Shown: positions 13,603 to 26,420 of the stretch, one piece after another
Position numbering within the stretch: position 1 is the stretch's first letter
Layout: each line of letters begins with the position of its first letter
Assembly: GCA_004431415.1 (NCBI GenBank)
Contig: QPMI01000522.1
Location: 186,001 to 250,000, forward strand
Length of the DNA: 64,000 bases
Reading direction: 5' to 3'
DNA from: Cyanophora paradoxa CCMP329
Lineage: Eukaryota > Plantae > Glaucophyta
Notes under the pieces: model-generated
Seen by the model: only the letters and a program-made list of their open reading frames with translations
Told to the model about the DNA's origin: nothing
The model's database searches: none
Made by a program: the position numbers and the translations under genes

Positions 13603-13828
13603 AAGCGCGACCTAATGATACTGCCACAGCGGGCACGTCCCGAGCCTACAAACAGCACGAGCCCGAGGTCCGGGACCCTCGTAAATCGCTTACTGGCTCG
13701 CGCGGGGGCCCGCTCGCAAGGGCAAGGAAGCTCGGGGGGTACCTGAACGTACAGCCTGAACGCGACGTCGACGGACCAGGCAAGCAAAGATTGAGCCGCC
13801 GAATCTGAGGCCGAGAGGCGCGGCCCCG

Positions 13829-15208
13829 ATGGGCATGCGCGAGCACGCGGCGGACGACGCCGAGCAAGTTGCGCTTATGGACCACGGCAGCGACCACGAA
13901 CACGACCGCAAGGGGCAGACGCACGCCTGGGAGTTCAAGGTGCGGCAGCGCAGCCGGCTCGGCACGCCTGGCGAGCGCGCCGCCAGAGAACCAGAGCGCA
14001 CATAGGAAGCGCTGGTCCTTTGGCATGCCGCCGCTCAGACGAGCCGCGCGAGCGCTTCCCACGAGCTCTTACTAGCGCCTAGCCCCCAGCGCCCCGCCCG
14101 CGAGTCCGTCCGACCGTGCCGCGTGTCGCGCGCTGACCTTCTGGTTCTCGCGCCTCCGGCAGGGCCACCCAGCGGCAGCCGCGTACCTGGCATCAAGCGA
14201 CGCGGCCGTCGCACTCGCTCCCTACAGCCAATCCACAGTCGGTCCGCGCTCCGGCCCGCAGTCGCGCACGGGGTCCCTCACGCCCCGGCCCCGCGTCCCG
14301 CAGGGGACGCGATAAGGACGCGCGGGCCGTGGTTGCTCGTCCTGTTCATCGGCGGCATCTGCACGGGCCACGTCATGCAGGGTGCGCGCGGCCCGCGAAG
14401 CTTGAGCCGCGCGCCCTTGCGGCCCACCAGAATCTGCCGCCGCAGTCTTCGAGGGTGAGCTGAAGCGCAACATCGAGCTCTCGTACTTCATACCCCTCCT
14501 AATCGGCACGGGGGGGAACACGGGTGCGTCCGCATCCCTCGCGACACTACCTCCCGCTCGAGACCGGATTCGACGCGAGGCCCGCAGGATCCCAGACAGT
14601 CTCGACAATCATCCGCGCTTTGGCCCTGCACGACGTGAGGTGCGGTAGCCCCCCGAAGCCATGCGTACCCCCCTAGACGTCCCCCCCAACCGCAGGCCCA
14701 CCGTCCGGGACCTCCTCTCCGTCCTCGCCCGCGAGGGTACCCCCCCCCCCGCCCCGCCGTCCGCGCCCGTACCCCCCTCAAGCCGACGTCGTATCCCCCT
14801 CCGCCAGCAATGACGGGCCTCGGCGTTGGGTCGGGCCTCGCTGTGGTGGCGTTCCTCCTTGCCTCGCTCTGGGGTATGCCCTCCAGCGTCTCCCTCGTCG
14901 TCGCCGTCTCCACGGTATAGCCCCCCACACACACGGCTCCTCGCCCGCCTGTACCCCCGCCAATGCGCCGGGCGCGGCAGGTCGTCATAACGCTCTGGGC
15001 GAACTGCGTGGGGGCGGCGGTACCCCTCCTGGCCTGCCGCTTCGGGGTAGACCCCGCCGTCCTCTCCGCCCCCGTCTGCACAACCCTCGTCGACGCCACC
15101 GGTCCGCCTCCCGTACCCCTCTCCGCTCCTCTCCCCCTTATGAGCTCGCCCGTGCACGCAGGTCTCACAATATACTTTCTCACAGCGAAACTCTTCCTAA
15201 GCGTATGA
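13829..15208 (+). CDS. MgtE-family magnesium transporter (membrane domain), multi-exon
   Basis: [44 protein letters not shown] motifs. Confidence 0.88.
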
Positions 15209-15273
15209 CGCGGGCCGGCCGGCCCGCGGATGGGCAGGCTCGAACCATCTCCAGCCGGCCGGCTCGGCCCCGC

Positions 15274-18200
15274 TCAGCCGATGAAGTCCGTCCAGGAGGG
15301 GAGGCCGGGGGGCCCGCCGTCAAGGGGTACGGGCGTCCGCGCCGGGGCCGCCCGGTACACTCCGCCCGGGGCCTCCTTCTTCTTCCCCCTCCGCCCCTTC
15401 CCGCCCTTTGCCGCCCCGGAACCCGCCTTGTCGTCCGCCTCCGCCTCCGCCTCCGCCCCCCCGTCCTCCTCCCCCTCGGCCTTCTTGGCCGCCCTCCGCC
15501 GCCGCCGCCGCGCCGGCGTCGGCGAGGGCGAGGGCGAGGGCGTGGGCGTCGGGCTGGGCGTCGGCGTCTCCACCCCGTACCCCGCCCACTCCGCCGCCGA
15601 GTAGACGTCCGTGATCGCCCCGAGGCCTGCGTAAAAAAACAATACAAATAAGTGCCAAATCGGATTCGAACGCTGCGCTGCGCCCCGCGCCGGCCGCGGG
15701 CACCGACGGCGGCGGCCGTGAACGCCTCCTTGAACGCTAGGAACTCGTCCAGGCGGCACCTGGGGGTACACGGGATCAAAGGGGGGTACGGTGCGCTCGG
15801 AGGGGGGTACGCACTTGGCGACGACGCGGCAGAACCGCTCGTCGGAGGGCGCGCAGAGGACGGCCAGCGAGGAGCTCTCCGCCCGATCGGCGTCCCGCGC
15901 CCTGAGAGCGGGGTGCGTCGATTCCTGATCGGGCGCGAGGCGAAGGAGCGAGTCTGGAGGGGGGGTACCGGAGGAAGGTCCAGCGGGGCTTGATGCGCCC
16001 CTCGAGGCTGCAGCCGAGGAAGGCCGGGAACTCGACTAGCTCCTGGGGGTCCCTGTACCCCCGCTTCAGAGGGGGGAGGGGGGAAGGACATCCAGAGGGG
16101 GTACGGGGCGCGCCTGCGCATCTCGGTGCGGAGAAACGCGACCTTCGCGTCCAGCGACTCCGTGCGGTAGTGGAAGAGCCCCGGGAACATGACGCACCTG
16201 GGGTACATGTCAGGTTGAGTTGGGAGGGGGGGGGGGGGGAATAGTTCACATGCTGCCGAAGTCGCGGGGGCTGATGCCCAGACCCGCAAAGTAGACCCGC
16301 GTGGCTGCGACGCGGGGTAGGGTCAAGGGGGAAAGGAGCGGGCGGGGGTACGAGATTCGGGGGATGAGCGGGAGGGGTACGGGGGTCGGGAAACCTCACC
16401 CTCGAGGCGGGCTAGGGAGAACCCGAGGACGTTGAGGGAGCGGGAGAGGAGGATGGGTACCTCGAACTGGGGGATCCCGACCTGTACCCGGGTAAGGCTA
16501 GGGGGGGGAGCCGGGGGTAGGGCGACCTTGGAGGTCAGGAACTCAACAACGGGGGCGATGTGCCCCTCGACGCTCAGCGTCAGCAGCGAGGGGCGCATAA
16601 ACACCATCTGATGAGAGGGGGGATGAGACGGGGGAAGTGGGAGGGTAGATGGAGCCGAGGGGGTACGCTCGCCTTGCCGAGGGCCAGGGGGGGTATCCCG
16701 AGGGCCACCAGGTAGTCCACGGTCGGCTCCAGCTTCTTCTTCAGCTGCGCCGAAAATAAGCAGACTGAGGGGGACGCTTTATCAACGGGAAGGGGGGTAC
16801 CGAGAGCTTGGCAAGGGACGGAACCTTGACGAGGCACATGGCGGCGTCGCTGTCGGGTCCGATTGAGTGCGATTGAATCGGATCGATTGAGTCGGGCGGT
16901 GGGACGGGGCGGCGCCGGGGTACCGTTTGGAGAGGCGGAGGGCCCTCTCGAGGAAGGCGATGATCTTGGGGGCGGCGGGGGAGGGGGGTAGGGCCTCCTC
17001 TACGGGGGAGGGGGCGGAGGGTACGGGGGACGCGGGGCGCGCCTCGTCCCCCCCGCCCTCCCCCTCGGAGGAGGCCGCCCCGCCGGCGCGGGGCCCGCGG
17101 CGGCGGCGCGGGGCCAGCGCCGTCCCGAACTGCAGCGGCGCCGCGTGGTACTGAAGGAAGGGGAAGACGAACGTTCGCTCAGCCAGACCCGCGATCCGCG
17201 CTCGAGACGGGAGGGGAAGGGTCACCTTGGCGCGGACGGCGGCCCAGTCGTCGGGCGAGGCCGGCGCGGCGCCCTCGCCGCGCCGCAGCTCCGCGAGGCG
17301 CGAGACCAGCTCGCCCCGGAACGCCGCGTAGTCCTCTACAACAACAACAAGAAGAAGCACGGATCATCAGAGGGGAAGCGAGCGAGCGAGCAGGGCTATA
17401 GATAGCCGGCGCGCGCACCGGGGAGGGCGCCGCAGAGGGCGGCGAACTTGTCGTCGGAGTACTGGAGGAGGCTGGAGAGGGAGAGGTCCCGCCCGCACTC
17501 GGACGCGAACTCGTGCCGCGGCACGATCCGCTCCTCCAGCCTGGGCCGGCCCGCCGATCAGAGGGGGGATTGAGAGGGCGTGGGGGGGGGGGGAGGCGGA
17601 TGCCGAGGGCGAGCCCCTCCCTGCTAGCTTCTGGAGGGCCCAGAGTAGCACTCTATCCAAACTTGACTCTCGTAGCTGTCTCTCTCTCTGGGCGGGGCGG
17701 CGGCGCACGAGAAGGTGAAGTAGTTCTTGCAGGTGAGGAGCTCCCTCGCGTCGCGCCCCATCACCTCCGTCAGGTACAGCGTCTGCGGCGGGGGAGTGAG
17801 GGGGGGGGAGGGGGGGCGGGGGGGGGGGGGGGGGGGGCGGGAGGGGAGCGAGCCTTGCGGGAGAGGGTGTCGAGGGACCAGCCGAGGACGGAGGGGCACG
17901 CCGCCAGGTACCCGTGCAGGTCCCGGTTCCGGATCCCTGGGGGGGTACGGTCATGCGGTGTGGGAGGAGGGGGGTACAGGGGCGCTGGGGGGTACCGATG
18001 CGCTCGAGGAACTCGACCTTCTGGCGGACCGTGTCCGTGCTCATCTTGAAGACGCGCGGGAAGCGCAGCGCGATTTCCCGCACGACCCTGTACCCGTACG
18101 CGGGCGAGCGAAGGGACTCAGGGGGTACGAGGAAAGCGCGGCGCGACGGGGGTACGCACTTCTTGGAAAAGCCCTGGGCGCGGAGGAACGCCACCGTCGT

Positions 18201-19433
18201 GGGGAGCTTGAGGGGCCGCGAGAAGACGAACGGGTCCCCCTTCACGACGTACCTGCGTACCCCCCTCAGTCCCCGGTACGCGTACCCGGGAGAGGCGCGG
18301 CCGCGCGGGGGTACGCGCGCACTCGAAGCGCTTCTCGTCGATCCCGAGGCGCTCCAGAAACTCCACGACGTACCTGCGGGGTACCGGGAGTCGGGAGGGG
18401 CGCGGGCACAGAAGCGGCGTACCCCCCTCCCAACCGCACCGGATCTCCTCCATGGGGGTCGTGAGGATCTTGGGGTACGAGAGGAGCAGGCGCGCCATCT
18501 GGCGGCCTCCGACGCCGGCCGTGTTCAGGTAGTCGACGTTCTGCGGGGCCAGCGGCCTGTGAGGAGCGCGGCGGCGGGGCGGGCGGCGGGGCGGGCGGCG
18601 GGGCGGGCGGCGGGGCGGGCGGCGGGGCGGGCCTGCATCATGTGCACGCAGTCCGCGGGGTCCCTCCGGAACGCTCCGACGATTCCCTGCGCCGCGCTGA
18701 GCGCAGCGCGCCGCGCGCCTCGCGTCCCCTCGGGCCGCTCGGACCTTCGGCTCGAGTCCCACGTGCCTGAGGTACTCGGAGAGGGGCCGCATCGCGTCCT
18801 GCGGAGCCGCGTCGGCGCCAGAGAGACGCTGGGGCGATCCGCAGGGCGCGCACCTCGACGCTCATGTACTTGAGCAGCGGGAAGCGCTCATTCAGGTCGA
18901 CGATCTGCGGAGGGGCGTGGTTCGAGCGGCGCCGGGCGGCGGGGTGGCGGGGCCGGACGCGCCTCGCTCTCCTTGGCGCCCTCGGCGGCGAGGAACGACT
19001 GCGACGCCTCCGGCCTGCTCAGCATCGCCTCGATCGTGTCACGCTCGCCGAGCTCCGCCTCCTCGGCCTCCTCGAACTGGCTCTTGCGACCGCGTCCGCG
19101 CTTCTTCGCTGACTGCGGTACCGCCTCGCTGGCCGCTGCCGCACGGCAGCCCGCGGGAGGCGCGAGCTCAGGGGCCTCCGCTGCCTGGAAGCGGACGGCC
19201 GCTCCAAGGAATCCGCGGCGACCGACAAGCGCGTCATCCGAGGGCAGGCGCCCGTGTCTGCGTTCGCGGTCACCGTGAGCAAGCATCGGACGCGGTGCCC
19301 GATCGCCGACGCACCCGCGAGCGCGAGCCGAGTCGTGCAGGGCACATACCGCGCGGGCGGTGGTCAGGACCGCAGGAACTCCATGCTGTGCCGCCGGCGT
19401 GTGCACGGAAGGGCCGCTGAAGGCCGATCCCAT
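15274..19433 (-). CDS. mTERF-repeat protein, multi-exon (possibly organelle-targeted)
   Basis: Repeats such as LLSYPKILT, ALRFPRVFKMS..VRQKVEFL, LEPTVDYLVALGI, FPAFLGCSLEGRIKPR; could be more than one gene. Confidence 0.8.
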
Positions 19434-19733
19434 CAAATCGCAGCGGTCAAGTTGAAGTGGTGTACCCAGTTGGGCAAGCCGCCGCTTAGCCGCGGCTTAG
19501 CCGCCAGCCGAGCCAAGAACAATCGGGCAGTTCTGGCCGCTTGCGGCTGACTCAGAGCTCCATGAAGCTGCGCTGATGGCCTAGCCAGGAGCCCTTGAGC
19601 CTTATCCGTCCAGCGAGCTGGGCACTGCTCCAGAGCGGACACCACGCTAGATTGAGCTCGGAACAGCGGCGTAGCTAACATTTCCGGCCTTTAGGGGCAG
19701 CAGCTTGGTCGGCCCGCCGAGGTAGAGCAGACC

Positions 19734-21939
19734 ATGTCCGCCCGCACGGTCCGCACCCACTCCGTCCGCACGGCGGACCTCGTCGCTCTGCTCGACAGGG
19801 TCGGGACCCCTGGCGACGAGGAGTGGGGCAACGACATTCTCCCGAGCGCGCACAAGGCCCACCTGGCGGAGCGGCCGCAGCACGCCGCCTCCGGATCCGC
19901 CTCCGCGCGGCGAGGCTCGGGCGCCGGCGCCCCTCGGGTCTCGCCCAAGCGGCCTTCGAGCTCTCCCGCGGCGCCGGCGGCCCCTCCGGCGCCCGAGGCG
20001 ACCTCGCCCGCGCCTCCGGAGCCGCCCAAGCAGCAGCAGCAGCAGGAGCAGCAGCCGCGGCCGCCGCCCAGCGCCCCTCCAGGCCCCAGGTACCGTCCCT
20101 CCCCGCCCCGCGCGCCGGCTGCCGTGCCTGACGTGCGTCTGGCAGACCGCCGCGCCGGCGCCGGCGCCCCGCCGGCCCGTCGCCCCGCGGAGCGCGGGCC
20201 CGCAGCGCGTCGCCCTCAAGTTCGGCCCGCCCGTACCCGTCGCACGCCTCTTCGGCTCCGCCCGGGCCGAGGGCCGCGTCGCCGTGCGCCCTTTCTTCCC
20301 GGTACCCCCGCCGCCTTTCTTCCCCCCTCACCCCGCCGCTTCCGCAGGCGGACGAGGCGGCGCGGGAGGCGGGCGGGGGCGACCCCCCCGAGACGCAGCG
20401 CAGCCGGACCGCCTCGTTCTCCCGCTCGCTCTCGGGTACCCTGAAGCCGGAGCACGTACCCCTCCTGGAGGCGGCCGTGGCGGGGATAGTGGATCGCGCT
20501 TCGTTCGAGGCGGCCGCCGCCGCTCTCCTCTCTTCGGCCGCCCCGTCTCCGGTCCCTTCCCGCCCCTCCTCCGCCTCCGCCTCCGCCTCCGCCTCCCGTC
20601 CAGGCTCCGCCGCCGCCTCCCGCCCGCAATCCGCCCACCCCGCCGGTGCCCCGGCCCCGGTGGAGGCGGCGGCCCCCGCCCCGCCCGCCTCCCGCGCGCC
20701 GCGGCCGCCGCAGCCGCCGCCGCCGCCGCCCCTCACGGGCCCCGGGATGCGGCGGAAGCCGGACCTGATCGGCCGCATCTGGAAGGAGGAGGAGCTGCCG
20801 GAGGGCATCCACGGCGGGGGCACCCCCCTGAAGCTGCACGTACCCCCCGCGCTCGCGCGGCCCGAGGGCGCGCAGCCGTTCGCGCCCCTCTCGGCGCGCG
20901 CGGCCATAGAAAAGTACCGCCCGGAGCACGCCGGCCTTCCCGCCCGCCCCATTGAGCTCTTCGAGGCGCCCTGGAAGAAGAGAAGGGATCGCCCCGCCTC
21001 CGCCCCCGCCTCTCCCCAGGGCAGTAGTTCCGCGTCCGCCCGACCGGCCCCTCCCCCGGCCCCGGCCCCACCCCCGCCCCCTCCCCCACCGCAAGCCCAG
21101 GCCGCGACCGCTTCTTCGCCCCGCCCCCAGAGCGCGCCCCGCGGCCTGGGGTGGCGCCCGCCCCCCTTCCCCGTGAACCCTCCGCCCCCGCCCCGCGGCC
21201 GACCCGTACCCCCCGGCCGCATCAGCGCCGGGCCAAACGCCAGCGGTCCCGTGCGCCCTTTCCCCCTCCCCTACCCCCGCCCCAACCTCACTGTACCCCC
21301 GCAGGCCTTCCGGAGCGGCGGCGAGGTCGCCCCCGGGCTGGAGGTCGTGTCTACCCCCCGCGTACGCCCGGAGGACCCCCCGCAGCCTGCCCAGGGGCCC
21401 TCGGCGCCAGAGGCGGCGGCGGCTGCGGGGCTTGTGTCGTCCCTAGAGGCCCCCGAGGGCGCCTCCTTCAAATCCGCGGCGCGGCACGCCCTGAACAGGC
21501 GGCAGGGCTCGGCCCGCTCCTGGGGCTCCCAGTCGGCCCCGCAGTCCCCGCCCTCGTCCTTCCGCATCTCGCTCGACGCGGACGAGTACCTCCGCGCCGC
21601 GGCCGAGTCCGACAGGCGCGCCGAGGCCGCCGCCGAGGCCGCCGCCGTCGAGGCCGACTCGCCGGGGGCCCGCCGCCGGCGGGCGCATCCCGCCTGCCCG
21701 TCGCCGCCGTCGAGGGCCCGCCCGAGCGCCCCGCCACGGCCCGATCCGCGCGCTCCTCGAAGTCCCGCCCGGCCTCCGCGTCGGCCGTCCCGCCGCCCCG
21801 CGCGCACTCGCCCGACCCCTTTCGGGAGTCGCAGCACCGGAGGAACCCGCACCCGCGGCCGGCCCCGGCGCCTACGCCCACGCCGCGCGGGGGCGCCGCG
21901 ACGGCCCGGGGCGGCGCCCCGACGCCGCCGCCCTCCCAG

Positions 21940-21971
<32 letters not shown>

Positions 21972-22335
21972 TCCGACCCTCTTCGAGTTCGTTGGGGACG
22001 CCGCACGGCGGTTCACCTTCGGTGCCTACCTCGTGCGGGCGGGGTACGTGGTGAGGAGGCGCCCGAAGTCCGCCGAGGAGCGCTTGGTCTGGCACGCCGC
22101 GAGCACGGTGCGGGCCCTTTGTTGCCGCTTTCCGCTTTCCCTCGCGACACTCTGCTTGGATTTGCTGAGGCGGCTGAGGCGGCAGAACCCCGAGCTGGCG
22201 GAGGCGTACGTGTCGCGGCCGGCGGCGCGGCCGGCGGCGGAGCGGGCGCGGCTGCGGGCGGAGGCGGCCCCGCGGGCCCTCGCGGCGCGCGCCGCCGCCG
22301 TCCACGCCATGGAGAACCCCGACTTCGACTACTGA
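19734..22335 (+). CDS. Pro/Ala-rich hypothetical protein, multi-exon
   Basis: Long GC3-rich ORF segments joined by short GT-AG introns, ending MENPDFDY*; no recognised domain. Confidence 0.55.
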
Positions 22336-23298
22336 TGCCGATCTGAACACGACAAGGCCGGTGGTATCCGAGAAGTTCAGAAGGGGCGAGGGGCGAGGGG
22401 GCGAGCAAGGGGCGGCGGGGGGGGAGGGGGAGGAGGGAGGGGAGGGGAGGGGGGCGGGTGGGGGAGCTCAGAATTCTGATCATGAAGACGATCGCGAGGC
22501 TCAAAAATAATTGTACTAGTATATCCTACGTATATTCACGTATACGCGTCTACTGGAGGCTCAAAAACCGTAAACTAACTCGTCTACTACGTATATCATA
22601 GTAGTGTGCTAATGTACATGTGAGTCACACAGTACGTATACGTGTACAAAAGCAATCAGATATCGAAGACCGCCATTGGCTGATGATAAATCATGATTAA
22701 ATTATCCCTATCTACGTAGGAGCACTGAGGAAATTCGGACCGTGTCGGACCCGGGAGGAAGCTGAAGGCGAAAGCCGCGACGGGCCGCGGGCGACTCGGA
22801 GCGAGGCTTCCGCGGGTCGCCGGTCGCGAGGCTCGCGACGGACGCATGATCAGGATGTCCCCTGCATGCATCATGGCATATGGCTGTAGCCTGCAGGTGC
22901 AAAAAGGCCTTGAATTTAAATCATCGGGGGAATCGATATCGGGGCTCCGTCCGAGTTGGGGACGCCGCATACCTACGTAATATACACGTGGTTTTACGTG
23001 CACGCGCGCGCTTGCGTGTTCGGGATTTTTGCGTTTGAAGTTGTCGAATTTTCGTGTGTTCACTTCAAGGACGGATCGGACCGGATCATCGGTCCGGATG
23101 ATCATGATCATGATCATGATGATGATGGATCCAAATGCGAGACTTTGCGAGTTCCACAGTCTTACAGACTCTTACTAACTTTAGCTTTCACCGTCACGAC
23201 GGCGTGCACGTGCACGGTGCACCGTTCAACTTGGCAACTTTCACCGTTCAACTCGGCAACTTAGGCGCCGCCGCGCCGGCCTATATTGCTATAACGTA

Positions 23299-23604
23299 CC
23301 GTAAAACACTTAATTAATGCGCCCGATATTAATGCGTTTTTGGACCCGGACCCCTATATGGCTAATAATGCGCCCCCGAATTAATGCGTTTTGAAGCTTT
23401 TTGGCCGCGGTTGCCAGTTGGCCATGGGGCCCCCTATGATGGGGGGTACATACTGCAGTTTCTTATATAATTAGCGTTTCGATATTAATTTAATGCGCCC
23501 CCGAATTAATGCGTTTTGCTGCCAAATTGCTGGCCGGCGGAAAACGCATTAATTAGGGGGCGCATTAATTAAGTGCGCGCATTACTTAATTAAGTGTTCT
23601 ACGG
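23299..23604. mobile_element. Tc1/mariner(pogo)-type MITE
   Basis: 19-bp TIR CCGTAAAACACTTAATTAA (1 mismatch), TA flanks, internal ATTAATGCG repeats. Confidence 0.85.
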
Positions 23605-25343
23605 TAAGTTACGTATACGTATACGTGGAACTCGAGTTGGCGGTTCGTTTACCGGACGTCGACGACGAAATTTCAGAAAAAAAACGGTCGTTCGTCCGGG
23701 TCGTGCGATAAGGGATCATAAGGCAAACCTGCGACTACGGGAAATCGTCCATACTGTAGAACTAGTTAATTTAGTACAGGAAAATAATTAGTACTTTGCC
23801 AAAACTGCCACTTTACTACGTGACTTTACTAAGTTAGCAGCTGGCCCGGCAAATCTTTAGTAGCCCTATCTAGAGCTAGTAGGTCGGTCTTTAATTGCAA
23901 GGCTTTTGTATGGCGGAGACAGGACTACCCCTACAAATTCTCGGCTTTAGCAGGCGGGAAATATTTAGTAGATCTTTTCTTTCGATATTGGAAGACATAA
24001 AAAAAATTATTACAGAGGGGGTTGATGATGATGTTGATGAGGCTTGCCCCCCTGCATATGTTGATGATGATGTTGATGATGACTCTCAGTGACGATGATG
24101 CATATGAAGCCTCATGATCATGTGATCATGCAGGCTCCATCATGCAGCCTGCAGGCTGCAGCCTGAATTGGCCCTGCAAGTTGGGCTGCAAGTTAAAAGC
24201 CTGCAACCTGCGCATATGCATGCAGCTTGCAGGCTTAAAAGTTGCAGCCTTACAGTAGTTGCAGGCTGCCGCAGACTCTCGGACTGGCCCGCAGTCTGGG
24301 CCGCAGACTGGGCCGCAGTGCGCATGCAGCCTGGCAGGCTGCAGGCTGCAGCCTGCAGCCTGCTGCACAGAGAGCAGCACAGTGCACACTGCCCTTGGCC
24401 TGCAGGCTGCAGGGCCCCATCCCTGAGCGATGATCCCTCAGGCCCTGAGTCACTGAGTCACGGGCCTCACGCTGGCACGGTCCCCACTGGGCCAGGGCCA
24501 TTGGCCAGTGGCCACTGGCCAGTGACAACTGCAGGCTCCGACTCGGCCACTACCGTAGACGACTTATATACCGCGCTGACTTAACTACCGCGCTGCCAAA
24601 TTACCGCGCTTAAATACAGCCCTAAAGGCTAAAGCCTGCCGAGCAGCGCCGCGGGAAAACCCACTGGGCCAGGAGGCAGCAAAAGGCAGCCGCTGAGCGC
24701 TAGCTGTATACAGCTGCAGCCTGCAGCAGCCTGGCAGGCCCGGAATTCGAAGTGGAAGCTGAAGCTTAAGAAGCAGAAGCAGAAGAAGCCAAGAAGCAGC
24801 GCAGAATTCGAACTCGAACGATATGCCATGATCATGATGGCGCACGTCGGCGTCGCGCACGTAATGCGGGCGCTTTGCGTGGCAATTACCCTACTCGCCG
24901 CGGCCGCGGCGACCATCACCTCTCCTACGGGAAGCTTTGTCGCTGATCATGAGGACACTTCACCCTTCGACGTGAGTGTTTCGACAAGCGCTCGCACAGA
25001 TCTACACCTGCCTTTCTGGTGAGTTGCAAAAGATTGGCGCGCGCGTGCGCGCGCTCGCGAATAAATGATTATATGTACATGTACATATATACATTGTTAT
25101 ACAACATTGCGCTGGGAAGTCTGACGTCGCGCGCCTCGGGCGCAGGACGATAACAGCGGCCAATTCCAGCGATCGTGTCTTTCTGGAATTCTGGAGCGTC
25201 GCCCACACAAAGGTCACTGCGGAGTCGCCCCTTTTGATGGTTAACTACGTTCCCATGGCGCTTCTGAGCACGTGCTTGGCGGCGACTCTGCTGGTCGCAA
25301 CTTATTAAAGCCGAAAGATCTAAATAGCTAATCTAGAAGCGAC

Positions 25344-25499
25344 GGAGGCGTACGTGTACATGTCGCGGCCGGCGACGCGGCCGGCGGCGGAGCGGGCGCG
25401 GCTGCGGGCGGAGCCTCGCGATCGGAGGCGGCCCCGCGGGCCCTCGCGGCGCGCGCCGGCGCCGCCGCCGTCCACGCCGCTCGCTTCCAGGAGAACCCC
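25344..25499 (+). pseudogene. Decayed duplicate of the 3' end of gene 19734-22335 (left half; continues at 50526-50870)
   Basis: Aligns with 22199-22320 with small insertions. Confidence 0.85.
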
Positions 25500-25817
25500 A
25501 CCAATTGCGCGACCTTCCCCACTACCATTCTCAGTAAGCCCATTATCCATTTTCAAATTTCTCAGTAAGGCTCAGTAACAAATTATAAATTAGCACTGTA
25601 TTTTTCAAACATCTAACCTCTCCTTACTGAAACCAATCACGAAATCCTTCCATTCTTCATTTTTCTAATTCCTTACCATTCCCAGTAAGCCCTAAAACCC
25701 TCTCTCGATTTCTCAGTAAGGACAGTGAGACCCCTATTTTTACGAAATGTTCCCGATCGTTTCCAAACTGTTTTCAGTTACCCAAATTGAAAAATCAAGG
25801 TGACCCCCACCGATAGC
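25495..25817 (+). repeat. Left terminal inverted repeat (outer block)
   Basis: 25594-25817 is a near-identical reverse complement of ~50198-50421; outer ACCCCACCAATTGCGCG matches 50494-50511; repeated CTCAGTAAG motifs. Confidence 0.92.
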
Positions 25818-25880
25818 GTAAATCAACATATGAAATGCGTTTATCCCCACTTAAAGATTTCCCGCTATATAGCTATAAAG

Positions 25881-26204
25881 ATGCCGAGCAATCAACTCCC
25901 ACTACCCAAAAGTAAGCAATGCACTATCTGCAAAGTAGATAGACCTGCATCGTGTTTTGGTTTGCGTAAATTAAAAACTGGTAATGTCGCATTGAATCCA
26001 AGATGCATCGAGTGCAACCGCGACTATCACCTTGACCTGTATCACAAAGTCTTAAAAACGCGTCCGAAAATCGAAGTACAATCGAAAATATGCCCCGATT
26101 GCAAGATTGAGAAGCCTGCAAGCGAGTATAATAAAAAACAAAGCACGAAGGATGGTCTCTACTACAAATGCCGACAGTGTTATAGTGAGACTCGGACGAG
26201 CTAA
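25881..26204 (+). CDS. Tandem CxxC...CxxC zinc-finger protein (107 aa)
   Basis: Two repeats K.C..C....PAS.[FY]......G....C..C; ATG preceded by TATAAAG. Confidence 0.7.
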   Translation: MPSNQLPLPKSKQCTICKVDRPASCFGLRKLKTGNVALNPRCIECNRDYHLDLYHKVLKTRPKIEVQSKICPDCKIEKPASEYNKKQSTKDGLYYKCRQCYSETRTS

Positions 26205-26420
26205 TTTATGATTTTAAAATGAGATTTGTATTTTTTAAAGCAAGTTTGTGCTGCCGAAAATGCCCACCTGCACAAACTTGCGAGATCAAGGTAAGCCCCA
26301 CCGACGAAGTACGACGATAGACCACGATTAATCGCAACTGGAACCACTCGCGCCCCGCCCACTATGCAAGATACATGCCTTTCTTATGCATGCTCTATGA
26401 AAAACCAATTAATTTAGACT

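Noticed and set aside
9700-22500. Numerous overlapping Arg/Pro/Gly-rich ORFs in the six-frame track
   Set aside because: Artefacts of very high GC; the real genes are spliced and listed as features
24824-25310. Signal-peptide-bearing gene fragment
   Set aside because: Short, interrupted, no identifiable family; at most a pseudogene relic
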